A stretch of 61,802 nt of DNA from an uncultured Mycoplasmatota bacterium (GTDB lineage: Bacteria; Bacillota_I; Bacilli_A; RF39; UBA660), in assembly GCA_900551105.1 (NCBI GenBank), contig URUT01000002.1, positions 1 to 61,802 on the forward strand. Direction: 5' to 3'. Of the stretch, positions 1-8,900 are shown in pieces. Under the pieces are notes generated by a model that made no database searches, was not told where the DNA came from, and saw only the letters and a list, made by a program, of their open reading frames with translations. How positions within the stretch are numbered: the first letter of the stretch is position 1; each line of letters starts with the position of its first letter. The position numbers and the translations under genes were made by a program.

Positions 1-69
1 CATATTCACATATGTTTAGTACTGCCCTCGACTCTGTTGTTTCTGTTATAGATAATTTAGATAGCAAAA

Positions 70-95
70 GCTAGGAATTATTCCTAGCCTTTTTT
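70..95. terminator. Bidirectional intrinsic terminator at the left edge of the window
   Basis: Inverted repeat GCTAGGAAT/ATTCCTAGC (70-88) is followed by TTTTTT on + (90-95) and by TTTTGC on -. The RloB stop codon (84-86) lies inside the stem. Confidence 0.6.
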
Positions 96-722
96 CATTA
101 AATATTCAACAATTTTATATACTTCGGTGTTAGGATTTGCCTCAACCGTTCCTATTCTTCGATTATTATCAGTTTGGTACTTTTCTAATTTTTTTGCACG
201 ATCAATTGCTAAATCTATTTCTTTAATGATATCAGGATAAATATTAATGTTCTTTTCATACTTTGGATAATACTCTTTCAATCTTTTAATTACTTCTTCG
301 CTATCCATATTTGCAGTTGTATAATCATAATGTAGTAAGAACCATAGTTCAAAACATGGCGATGATGTAATAATTTTTATATTATTTTTCCTTGCTAATT
401 GAATTGCTTCCTCAATTATTTTATTCTTATTTGGATCAACATCTGTATCAAAAATACAATATGCTACATCATCGTCTTGCAAATCTAACTTTAATTCATC
501 TATTTCCTTGATTAACATCTTAACTAACTTTAATGGATCAGTATTATTTCCTCTAGCATATGTAATATTATATGATTTTTTACCATTTTCAAAATTACTA
601 AAGTATGTCTTTTCTGTTTTATTTTTTCCTTCAGCTGCTATTAATATTTTACTTTTTTGCTTTCTGACTTTTCTTACTCTATCGTTACTAATTCTTCTAT
701 TATGTTCTACTCTTCTTCCCAT
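84..722 (-). CDS. RloB-family (Toprim-like) protein, AbiLii-like partner of the upstream ATPase
   Basis: 212-aa ORF. It carries 'ILIAAEGKNKTEKTYF' (conserved Glu), 'CIFDTDVD' (DxD) and 'SSPCFELWFLLHY', which match the RloB/PF13707 hallmarks as I recall them. Its ATG overlaps the ATPase stop by 16 nt and has no SD of its own, implying translational coupling. Confidence 0.75.
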   Translation of the reverse strand: MGRRVEHNRRISNDRVRKVRKQKSKILIAAEGKNKTEKTYFSNFENGKKSYNITYARGNNTDPLKLVKMLIKEIDELKLDLQDDDVAYCIFDTDVDPNKNKIIEEAIQLARKNNIKIITSSPCFELWFLLHYDYTTANMDSEEVIKRLKEYYPKYEKNINIYPDIIKEIDLAIDRAKKLEKYQTDNNRRIGTVEANPNTEVYKIVEYLMKKG

Positions 723-1951
723 AAATTAAAATCATTTTTGATAAAAGGAACAGCTCCATATCTACCAAGCATATATCCTCTCTCAACATTCTCCGTTTTT
801 CTTACAGAAAAATCACTTAAAGGATATAAATCACTTATTCCGTTCTTATCATCTTTTTCTGCAAACCATATCTGATCTCTTCTCAAAATGTTTAGTTTTA
901 ATAAATTAGTATCGTGAGTATTAAATATTAATTGTGCACCATTTTTATTTATATCAGGATCATTAAACATTTGAACTATCATTTCAACCAAATATGGATG
1001 TAAACTTTTATCTAACTCATCTACTACTACAACTCTTTTATTATTTAATGCATCCTTAATAAATGGAATAAAGCAAAAAATAATTTGAGTTCCCATTGAT
1101 TCTTCTTCATATGATAATTCAACATCAGAGCCTTTATGTTTAAAAAATGCAGTAAACACTTTTGGTTTTTCTTTCATATTCATTCCAGCTTTAATAAAAT
1201 CAGGTATTGCTGCCAATACATCATCCGGAACATCTGTCTCTAATACTTTATAATCTTCTATATTGAAATCTGCTTTTTTCAAAAATTCTAATGCAAAATC
1301 TTTTAATTCTTTATTATTTTTTAAATATTCACTTAGAGCTAGATCTCGAAGACCTCCTAAATTATTAAAAGTATTAATATCTGCACTTAAAAATTTATAT
1401 GGACTTTTTGTTTTTTCATAATTCCAGTTTGTTGCAGTTGCAATAAAAAATTTATTTGGTGCATTTTTAGCAGCTATATCATTCAATAATTTTTCATCTT
1501 TTTGTGGAAAAGAATAATCATTTGTATTAGATCTATCAAAAATTTTTGTTTCTCTTCCATTTGGATAATAATATAAATACTCTTCATGTATTTTATTTGT
1601 ATCTGCTATAAACCCATAAACATAACGTACATCATCAACAATAAATTTAATTTCAAATTCACTTGGTTTATTAATAGTTTTTTTATCAAATTTAAACGGA
1701 ACAATCGGTAATTTTGCATTTATATTCACAATATTTGAACTTCTTAACATTGATATTACAATAGTTAATATTTTAAACAAATTAGTTTTTCCTGATGCAT
1801 TTGCACCATATATTGCATTTGTTTTTAATACCCTTCGATCATTAGATATAATATAATTATCCTCTAATCCATTTGTAGCATTTGCAAGCATACTAAAAGT
1901 AACTTTATCTTTAAATGATAAAAAATTTGCAACACTAAATTCTAATATCAT
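707..1951 (-). CDS. ABC/AAA_21-type (OLD/SMC-like) ATPase, AbiLi-like
   Basis: 414-aa ORF with Walker A 'GANASGKTN', Walker B/D-loop 'RVVVVDELDKSLHP' and H-loop 'FNTHDTN'. A strong SD (AAGGAGGAG) lies 6 nt before the ATG. Confidence 0.8.
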   Translation of the reverse strand: MILEFSVANFLSFKDKVTFSMLANATNGLEDNYIISNDRRVLKTNAIYGANASGKTNLFKILTIVISMLRSSNIVNINAKLPIVPFKFDKKTINKPSEFEIKFIVDDVRYVYGFIADTNKIHEEYLYYYPNGRETKIFDRSNTNDYSFPQKDEKLLNDIAAKNAPNKFFIATATNWNYEKTKSPYKFLSADINTFNNLGGLRDLALSEYLKNNKELKDFALEFLKKADFNIEDYKVLETDVPDDVLAAIPDFIKAGMNMKEKPKVFTAFFKHKGSDVELSYEEESMGTQIIFCFIPFIKDALNNKRVVVVDELDKSLHPYLVEMIVQMFNDPDINKNGAQLIFNTHDTNLLKLNILRRDQIWFAEKDDKNGISDLYPLSDFSVRKTENVERGYMLGRYGAVPFIKNDFNLWEEE

Positions 1952-1977
1952 AGAATTCTCCTCCTTTTTCTAGTAAT

Positions 1978-2006
1978 AGTATATGCTATTTTTTATATAA
2001 AAGCAA
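1978..2006 (-). promoter_or_regulatory. Sigma-A type promoter for the ATPase-RloB operon
   Basis: On the minus strand: TTGCTT, 17 nt, TATACT, about 25 nt upstream of the ATPase SD. Confidence 0.45.
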
Positions 2007-2067
2007 TACTTTTACATATTTTATTTTTATTTTTTGCATTTTTTTTGCAAATTATTCATTTATTTTA

Positions 2068-2095
2068 TTGATTTTTGAGTTTCATGTGATATAAT
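2068..2095 (+). promoter_or_regulatory. Strong sigma-A promoter, divergent from the ATPase operon
   Basis: TTGATT (2068-2073), 16 nt, extended -10 TGaTATAAT (2087-2095). It would produce a ~168-nt leader before the ATG at 2270. Confidence 0.55.
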
Positions 2096-2269
2096 GCTTA
2101 TGAGAGATAAAAAAGAAGCTCTGCAAAGCTTCTCTCTCACGTGTAAGATAATATCTCACAAACTAATTTTGGATTAACATCCTATTATTAGTATATCACA
2201 CTTTTGTGATCTTAAAACATTTTCTTTTAATAGGATTGTAAATCCGTTTTAAAGAAAGGAAGTGTTATT

Positions 2270-2485
2270 ATGACAACAGTTAAAGCTATACATCAAACAA
2301 ATACAGGCAAAAACGATTTGTTCATTAACACTGGAAACCATCACAAAATGTCACTAAATCAATTTGTAAAAAAAATTGAAAGTGGCAAATCTGTTTATAG
2401 TGATAGATATTACATTAAACACGATAGTAGTGGTAAAACCCCAGTATCAAAACCAAACGGCAGTAAAAAAGACAATCTTGAATAA
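2270..2485 (+). CDS. Small protein, DUF3892-like
   Basis: 71-aa ORF with SD AAGGAAG. The C-terminal 'PVSKPNGSKKDNLE' and central 'FVKKIESGKSVY' resemble my recollection of the DUF3892 pattern (..pdg...DNL). Assigned from memory only. Confidence 0.45.
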   Translation: MTTVKAIHQTNTGKNDLFINTGNHHKMSLNQFVKKIESGKSVYSDRYYIKHDSSGKTPVSKPNGSKKDNLE

Positions 2486-2508
2486 ATTGAGTTTATTATC
2501 TTACACAG

Positions 2509-2536
2509 ACACTGGCTTTAGCTAGTGTTTTTTTGT
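2509..2536 (+). terminator. Intrinsic terminator of the DUF3892-like gene
   Basis: Stem ACACTGGC/GCTAGTGT (one G-T pair), loop TTTA, then TTTTTTT. It overlaps the stop codon of the convergent zinc-ribbon gene. Confidence 0.6.
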
Positions 2537-2716
2537 AACAGATAATTCTTCGTAATCTTCTTCGCTACCAATTCTTTTTAAATAATCTTTACCTCCATCA
2601 ACTGCTACTGCTCCACAAGAACATCTTTTATAATCATTTGTACTTTTAGACTCTATAATATCTCCGCATTTTTTACATTTAATTTTATTACTAATTATTT
2701 CTTCTTTCTTTTGCAT
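2522..2716 (-). CDS. Small zinc-ribbon protein (CxxC...CxC)
   Basis: 64-aa ORF containing 'CKKCGD...CSCG'. SD GAGGAG lies 7 nt upstream, and an extended -10 (TGGTATAAT) lies upstream on the minus strand. Confidence 0.55.
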   Translation of the reverse strand: MQKKEEIISNKIKCKKCGDIIESKSTNDYKRCSCGAVAVDGGKDYLKRIGSEEDYEELSVTKKH

Positions 2717-2972
2717 AAGTCATCTCCTCATAATGTATTATACCATGACCTTATAGCAATTATATCCTAACGTTTGCGGTATAATACCAATACAATCATA
2801 CGGATGAAATCTATATTGTCCGTATCACCGTTAAAAAATCCATTGAAGATTTTTGCCACTTTCGTCACTTTTCTTCAATAAACTATTATTAAAATCTAAT
2901 TTTTTTGTACCTAAATGTACCTAAAATTATTTTAGCAATACTGACCCCTCACAAACCTTATAAAATGGGCAC

Positions 2973-3078
2973 AAAAAATGAGGACACAATTAATTGTGTC
3001 CTCTTCAGGGGGTTTTGGTCGATACACCTTAACATTAAATTCGTTAAGGATATCAGTATGGCATCTCTACCATACAAA
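2973..3078 (-). ncRNA. Candidate small RNA (also the 3'-UTR/terminator of the DUF975 gene)
   Basis: Read on the minus strand, it starts just after its own promoter. Hairpin GTATGG/CCATAC (3075-3056) comes first, then hairpin CCTTAAC/GTTAAGG (3049-3027). An unpaired C-rich stretch GACCAAAACCCCCUGAAG (3020-3003) follows. It ends in a 24-nt perfect palindrome GAGGACACAATTAATTGTGTCCTC (3003-2980) plus AUUUUUUGU. Confidence 0.4.
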
Positions 3079-3081
3079 ATA

Positions 3082-3110
3082 ATCATAAATTATTTTTAAC
3101 ACTTTGTCAA
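3082..3110 (-). promoter_or_regulatory. Sigma-A promoter in front of the candidate sRNA
   Basis: On the minus strand: TTGACA (3110-3105), exactly 17 nt, TATGAT (3087-3082). Confidence 0.5.
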
Positions 3111-3148
3111 TAAAGTTTTTGTGATATTAACAATTTACAATCAATTTA

Positions 3149-3781
3149 TCATTTTTCTAATTTTTTTAATTCTTCATAATACATTAAATTAGCAACATTT
3201 AGATATGGAACTATCCATATAAATAATAACCCTAAACTAAGTATTCCTAAGAAAAACCATCCAGCAAAACTAAGTAAAAATATAAAATAATCAGCTTTAT
3301 AACCGTACATCATTTTTTTACTCTTTCTTATACACTCTAAAGCATTCTCTTCACCATCTAAAAATATAAAAGTAGTCATTGAATATGAAATAGATGCTAT
3401 AATTCCCGGAATAATTAATAACAAAGACCATAACGTAGAAAAAAGCGATACTAAAAACCACACTGCAAAAATTGGCCCAACTTTTTTATAATAACTAAAC
3501 ACTAACTTTAAATCGTATGGTTTCCCTCTTAAAAAAGCCATAAGATAAGCAACGCACCCAAAACTTAAAGGAAGCGTAAGTATTGTAGATATCATGTTTG
3601 CTGAAATGCTTACTCCCGGGTTTTCACTATTTTCTCCAAATAAGTAACTAATCATAGAAGAAAGTAATCCCGAAATAATAAAAGGTAATACTAACTCCCA
3701 AACGTGTCCACTAATTTTCTTTTTAGCAGCTTCTTTTATTTTAACTCTATCCATTTTATCACCACTTTCATTATAAACCAA
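3149..3781 (-). CDS. DUF975-family integral membrane protein
   Basis: 210 aa with an N-terminal 'IKEAAKKKISGHVWEL' followed by multiple TM segments, the typical DUF975 layout. Confidence 0.7.
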   Translation of the reverse strand: MVYNESGDKMDRVKIKEAAKKKISGHVWELVLPFIISGLLSSMISYLFGENSENPGVSISANMISTILTLPLSFGCVAYLMAFLRGKPYDLKLVFSYYKKVGPIFAVWFLVSLFSTLWSLLLIIPGIIASISYSMTTFIFLDGEENALECIRKSKKMMYGYKADYFIFLLSFAGWFFLGILSLGLLFIWIVPYLNVANLMYYEELKKLEK

Positions 3782-3787
3782 AAATTA

Positions 3788-5767
3788 TTAATCAACAATA
3801 TTTAAATTTTCAAATATGCTTTTAACATTTGGATAATCATCAATATTATTATTTTTTAAAAAATCTTCAGCATCTTCTTTGCATTTAATTAAAATCTTAT
3901 AATCTCTATTTAAATTTGCTATTTTAAATGTTTGTTCACCACTTTGCTTTACTCCAAAAACATCACCACTACCTCGCAACTTAAAATCTTGTTCACTAAT
4001 ATAGAACCCATCGTTACTTTCTTCAAGTACTTTTAATCTCTCAGTATCACTATCACTAATTAAATAACAATAAGACTGTAAATTGTTTCTACCTACTCGG
4101 CCTCTAAGCTGATGAAGTGTCGCAAGACCAAATCGTTCAGCATTAAATACCACCATCATCGTAGCATTTGCAACATCTACACCTACTTCTATAACAGTCG
4201 TAGAAATTAAAATTTTAATTTTACCATTTGTAAAATTATTCATAATTTCATCTTTTTGAGAATTTTTCATTTGTCCATGAAGTAAACCCATCGGTATTTT
4301 TTTATTAAAAGCAACATTAAGTTTATTTTCTAAAGTTATTACCGAATCTAAACTGCTTTCTTCATCATCAATTAAAGGCGCAACAACGTATATTTGATGA
4401 CCTAATTTAATCTCATTAACCATTGCTTCTAAGACAGTTTTTATATCTTTATTTTTAACTAACTTCGTATAAATCTCTTTTCTATCAGCCGGTTTTGATT
4501 TGATTTGTGAAATACTCATATCTCCATAAATAGTTAAAGCCAAAGTTCTAGGTATTGGCGTAGCACTTAAATAAAGAACATCTACATCATTCCCTTTTTC
4601 TTGTAATATTCTTCTTTGATTAACACCAAAACGATGTTGTTCATCAGTAATTACAAGTCCAAGATTTTTGTAAGCTATATCTTCATTTAATAAAGCATGC
4701 GTTCCAATTAAAATATCTATATTGCCATTTTTTATTTTGTTAAAAATTTTAATTTTATCAACTTTTTTAACAGAACCAGTAATAATATCTACTCTCATCA
4801 AATTTCCAAATAAACTAAGCATGTTTTGATAATGCTGTTTAGCTAACACCTCAGTAGGTGCCATTAGTACTCCCTGAAATCCAGCTAAATAATTAATATA
4901 AAGTGCTAGAAATGCCACAATAGTTTTACCACTTCCAACATCCCCCATAATTAAACGGTTCATTCTAGTCGGTAAGTTAAAATCATTTTTTATATCTTCT
5001 AAAGCATTAACTTGCTGATCAGTTAATTTAAATGGTAATTTAGATATAACGTTATTAAGTTTTTCATAATCATAGGTTTTTACAATTCTATTAACACTAT
5101 CATTATTCTTATTTTTTAAATATATTATCTTAATCATAAAGCAAAACAATTCTTCATAAATTAAATACAATCTTGATGCCTTAAGCATATTTAAATTTTT
5201 AGGGTTATGTATATTAAGGATAGCTTCTCTTTTAGTAATAAACTTATATTTTTCTTCTATATAACTAGGAATATATGAATCACACTTAAAATCACTACTT
5301 AAAATTGTAGATAATATCTTTTTATATGCAGACTTTTTAATTTTTTGAGATAAATGATATACAGGTTCAATTGTTAGTTTTAGTATCGGTATAAGCTTAA
5401 TGTCATTAGCTGTTAATGTATTAGTTTTTAAATTATAATTTCCAATTACAGTTATCGTACTATTAATATTTAAATGCTGTTTCAAAAAAGCTCTATTAAA
5501 AATAGTTACATTAATTAATTTATTAGATGTATTAAACTTAAACGAAAGTCTATTAAGATTTCCTTTAATATAAAATACTTTTGGAGAACTATATACCTCA
5601 CCTGTTAATACAACTGTTTCATTTGAATCTTGAATGTTCAAAACTTCGGGTTTATACACATTATATCTAAAAGGATAATTTGTAAGTAAATCATTAACAG
5701 TATATATATTTATATCATTTAAATTACTAATTGTCTTAGGTCCAATTCCTTTTAAATCTTCAAGCAT
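3788..5767 (-). CDS. recG: ATP-dependent DNA helicase RecG
   Basis: 659 aa with wedge domain plus SF2 helicase motifs 'GDVGSGKT', 'DEQHRFG', 'SATPIPRT' and 'QLRGRVGR'. SD is GGAGGA. Confidence 0.95.
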   Translation of the reverse strand: MLEDLKGIGPKTISNLNDINIYTVNDLLTNYPFRYNVYKPEVLNIQDSNETVVLTGEVYSSPKVFYIKGNLNRLSFKFNTSNKLINVTIFNRAFLKQHLNINSTITVIGNYNLKTNTLTANDIKLIPILKLTIEPVYHLSQKIKKSAYKKILSTILSSDFKCDSYIPSYIEEKYKFITKREAILNIHNPKNLNMLKASRLYLIYEELFCFMIKIIYLKNKNNDSVNRIVKTYDYEKLNNVISKLPFKLTDQQVNALEDIKNDFNLPTRMNRLIMGDVGSGKTIVAFLALYINYLAGFQGVLMAPTEVLAKQHYQNMLSLFGNLMRVDIITGSVKKVDKIKIFNKIKNGNIDILIGTHALLNEDIAYKNLGLVITDEQHRFGVNQRRILQEKGNDVDVLYLSATPIPRTLALTIYGDMSISQIKSKPADRKEIYTKLVKNKDIKTVLEAMVNEIKLGHQIYVVAPLIDDEESSLDSVITLENKLNVAFNKKIPMGLLHGQMKNSQKDEIMNNFTNGKIKILISTTVIEVGVDVANATMMVVFNAERFGLATLHQLRGRVGRNNLQSYCYLISDSDTERLKVLEESNDGFYISEQDFKLRGSGDVFGVKQSGEQTFKIANLNRDYKILIKCKEDAEDFLKNNNIDDYPNVKSIFENLNIVD

Positions 5768-5808
5768 TGCTAATCCTCCAAATATTTATTTAAATTCCTA
5801 AAAAAGTA

Positions 5809-5837
5809 TTGACTTTTTTTAGTCATTCGTATAGTAT
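5809..5837 (+). promoter_or_regulatory. Sigma-A-like promoter, antisense to the flanking genes
   Basis: TTGACT (5809-5814), 17 nt, TAGTAT (5832-5837). Confidence 0.45.
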
Positions 5838-5843
5838 ATAAAT

Positions 5844-5935
5844 CACCAATTCACTTTAAGGCGAATTGGTGCTAGTATCACACTAGCCAACCCCTTTTTA
5901 TTCTTTGAGGCTACATAAGTAGCCTCGCTTTTTTT
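5844..5935 (+). ncRNA. Candidate C-rich small RNA (RsaE/RoxS-like architecture)
   Basis: A 9-bp hairpin CACCAATTC/GAATTGGTG (5844-5871) is followed by a 5-bp hairpin CTAGT/ACTAG (5872-5886). An unpaired CCAACCCCUUUUUAUUCUUU (5887-5906) comes next. It ends in terminator GAGGCTAC-ATAA-GTAGCCTC (5907-5926) plus GCTTTTTTT. The U-run exists only in the + orientation. Confidence 0.45.
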
Positions 5936-8900
5936 ATTTATTAATTAAATTTTTATAATAAGAATATCTATTTATAGCATATTCTTTATTTTTTTGAAAT
6001 AAATCTTTAGCTAACTTTTTATCTTTAATTTCTAAAGCACTATATCTAACCTCTTGTTCTAAGAAATCTATATATTTATCAAAGTTTGGTTCAGAAGAAT
6101 CCATTGAAAGTACCCCATTATTATATCTCATTAGAAGAACATAACCACATTCAACAGCCCTTTTTTCTTCTGAAATAGAGTTTTTCATTCCACCATAAAT
6201 TCCTTGTTCAATACATGGACTATATGCAATTACAATAGCGGGGCCTTCATGAGCTTCTGCCTCTTTAAATACATTAATTGCTTGCATCATATTAGCTCCT
6301 AAACTTATAGATGCTACATAAACGTTTGGATAATTCATAGCTAGTTTAAATAAGTCTTTTTTATATGTTCTTTTACCTAAATTAGCAAATTCTGCAACAG
6401 CACCAATATGTGTTGATTTACTAGATTGACCACCAGTATTAGAATATACCTCTGTATCAAGAACCAAAATCTTCGCGTTTTTATTACTAGATAAAACATG
6501 ATCTAGACCACCAAAGCCTATATCGTAAGCCCAGCCATCACCACCAATTGTCCACACACTTTTAGGTGTTATAAAATCTCTTAAATCCTTACTAACAAAT
6601 CTTTCTATTTCAGTTTTTTTAGATTTAATCTTTTGATAATCATTAAAATTATTTTTTACAAATGCATAATACTTATCAGCCTTCTTATTATTTTTTAGTT
6701 GTTCTAATACCCTATTACGCAAGTTTTCATAACTTAAAAGAAGTCCATATCCATACTCAGCATTATCCTCAAACAAACTATTTCCCCAAGATACTTTATA
6801 AGGCATACTAGGACAAGATGCACCATAAATACTAGAGCATCCAGTCGCATTAGCTATAACTAGTTTTTCTCCAACAACCTGAGTTAACAACTTTATATAT
6901 GGTGTCTCACCACACCCAGCACAAGCACCTGAAAATTCAAATAAAGGCTTTTGTAACTGTGATGTTTTAATATTTGATACTTCAGTTTTTGGATTTTCAT
7001 AATTATTAAATAAATCATTAGCAACTTTTTGTAATTTTTTATCCTTTTCGCCAAAAGTCAAACATTTTGTAGGACAAATTTCTAAACAAAGTCCACATCC
7101 CGTACAGTCCTCTTCACTAATAGAAATCATAAATTTATTTTTGCCATTAATCTCATCTTTAGCATACTCACTATAATTATTTTTCTTATCTAAAATAAAC
7201 GGTCTAATAACTGCATGAGGACAAACTATTGAACACATTCCACATTCTATACATTTGTCTTTATTCCACTTAGCACACAATAAAGACATATTTCTTTTTT
7301 CAAATGCGCTAGTACCACCATGCATTGACCCATCACGAAAATTATAAACATCTTTAGTTGTTAAATCACCACCTAATCTAGAATTTAAAATATCTAAAAA
7401 ATCATTTTTTACTTTCAAATCAAAAGTTTCCTGATGATCTATTATGATTTTGTTTAATAAGTACTTACTTTCTTTAACACTATTAACATTTGCATTTACA
7501 ATATTAGCTCCCTTAGTATAAAAACGTTCTTTTATTTTTTGAATTAATAAATTTTCATAATCCTTAATATTTAATAAATTCAAAATTACTGCTTCCATAA
7601 TTAAGCTTATTTTACCACTAATACCATATTTAGTTGCCAAAGAAGACGCATCAATTAAGTAAACATTTATCTTTTTTTGAAGTAATCTTGCTTTATCACT
7701 TGATGAAATAAACTTATTAAATCTTTCTTGATTTTTATCTGTATTAACAACTAATATTCCGTTTTCCTCAATATTATCTAGCATTTTAAATTTATGAAAA
7801 TATTCATCTTTACTAACAACAACAATCTTTGGATGTGTAACATAATAAGGAGCTTTTATTAATTTTTTAGCTAGCCTCAAATGAGAAATGGTAACTCCAC
7901 CACTTTTCTTTGAATCATACTCAAAATATCCTTGAACATATTGATTAGTTCCTAATATCTTTAATATATCTTTTGAAGCACTTACCATGCCATCTGATCC
8001 AAATCCATAAATTTGTAATTCTTTATAGTGTGTAACAAAATTCTTTTCATAATGAACTAAAGATAATTTTGTAATGTCATCGGTTATTCCTACAACAAAT
8101 GATTTTTTTAACTCATTATCTAACATTTTATAAATGTCATAAATATCATTAGGCGTAGTATTTTTACTAGATAAACCGTATCTTCCGTGACATATTTCTA
8201 ATTTAAAATCTTTTAAAGCAGCACAAACATCTAAATATAAAGGTTCACCTAAAGAGCCTGCTTCCTTACTACGGTCTAAAACAGCTATTTTTTTTGCTGT
8301 ACTCGGAATTACGTTTTTTAAAAATTTTTCACTAAAAGGCCTATATAAATGTACTTCTACAAGACCATAATCCTTATTATCACATAAATCAATTACCGTT
8401 TTTATAGTGTCACAAACTGACCCCATCGCAACAATTATTTTACTAGCATTCTTACTACCATAATAATTAAATGGTTTATAATTTTCTTTAGTAATTTTAT
8501 TAATCTTTTTCATATAATCATTTACTATATCAGCAGTTAAATCATAATCTTTGTTTTTAGCTTCAGCAAACTGAAAGTAAACGTCTTCATTTTGTGCTGT
8601 TCCTTTAGTTATTGCTTTACCACTATTTAAAGCACGATTTCTAAATTTTTTAACAGCGTCATAATCAATTAATTCTTTAATTTTATCTTCAGCTATTTCA
8701 TTTATTTGATTATATTCATGACTAGTTCTAAATCCATCAAAAAAATGTAGAAACGGTAAACTAGCTTTAATTGCTGATAAATGCGCTACTAAAGCTAAAT
8801 TATAAGCATCCTGAACATTGGTAGAAGCAAGTATACAAAAACCTGTTCCTCTTGTTGCATAAATATCTTGATGATCTCCAAATATACTAAGAGCATGAGT

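Noticed and set aside
1-74. Possible 3' end of a + strand gene entering from the left: frame 3 is open to TAG 72-74 (..STALDSVVSVIDNLDSKS*), and frame 1 is open to TAG 49-51.
   Set aside because: Only about 24 codons are visible, two frames are open, and no recognisable motif is present, so it cannot be supported as a feature. The + orientation T-run of the 70-95 hairpin does hint that a + strand unit ends here.
508-875. ORFs 508-729 (+) and 657-875 (+), antisense to the RloB and ATPase genes.
   Set aside because: They are shadow ORFs inside well-supported minus-strand genes. They show hydrophobic Leu/Phe/Ser-rich composition typical of antisense AT-rich coding DNA and have no SD.
2905-3099. 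64-aa + strand ORF in the spacer between the zinc-ribbon gene and the DUF975 gene.
   Set aside because: It has a TTG start without an SD and runs straight through the 24-nt palindromic terminator and both hairpins of the minus-strand sRNA candidate. The region is better explained as non-coding.
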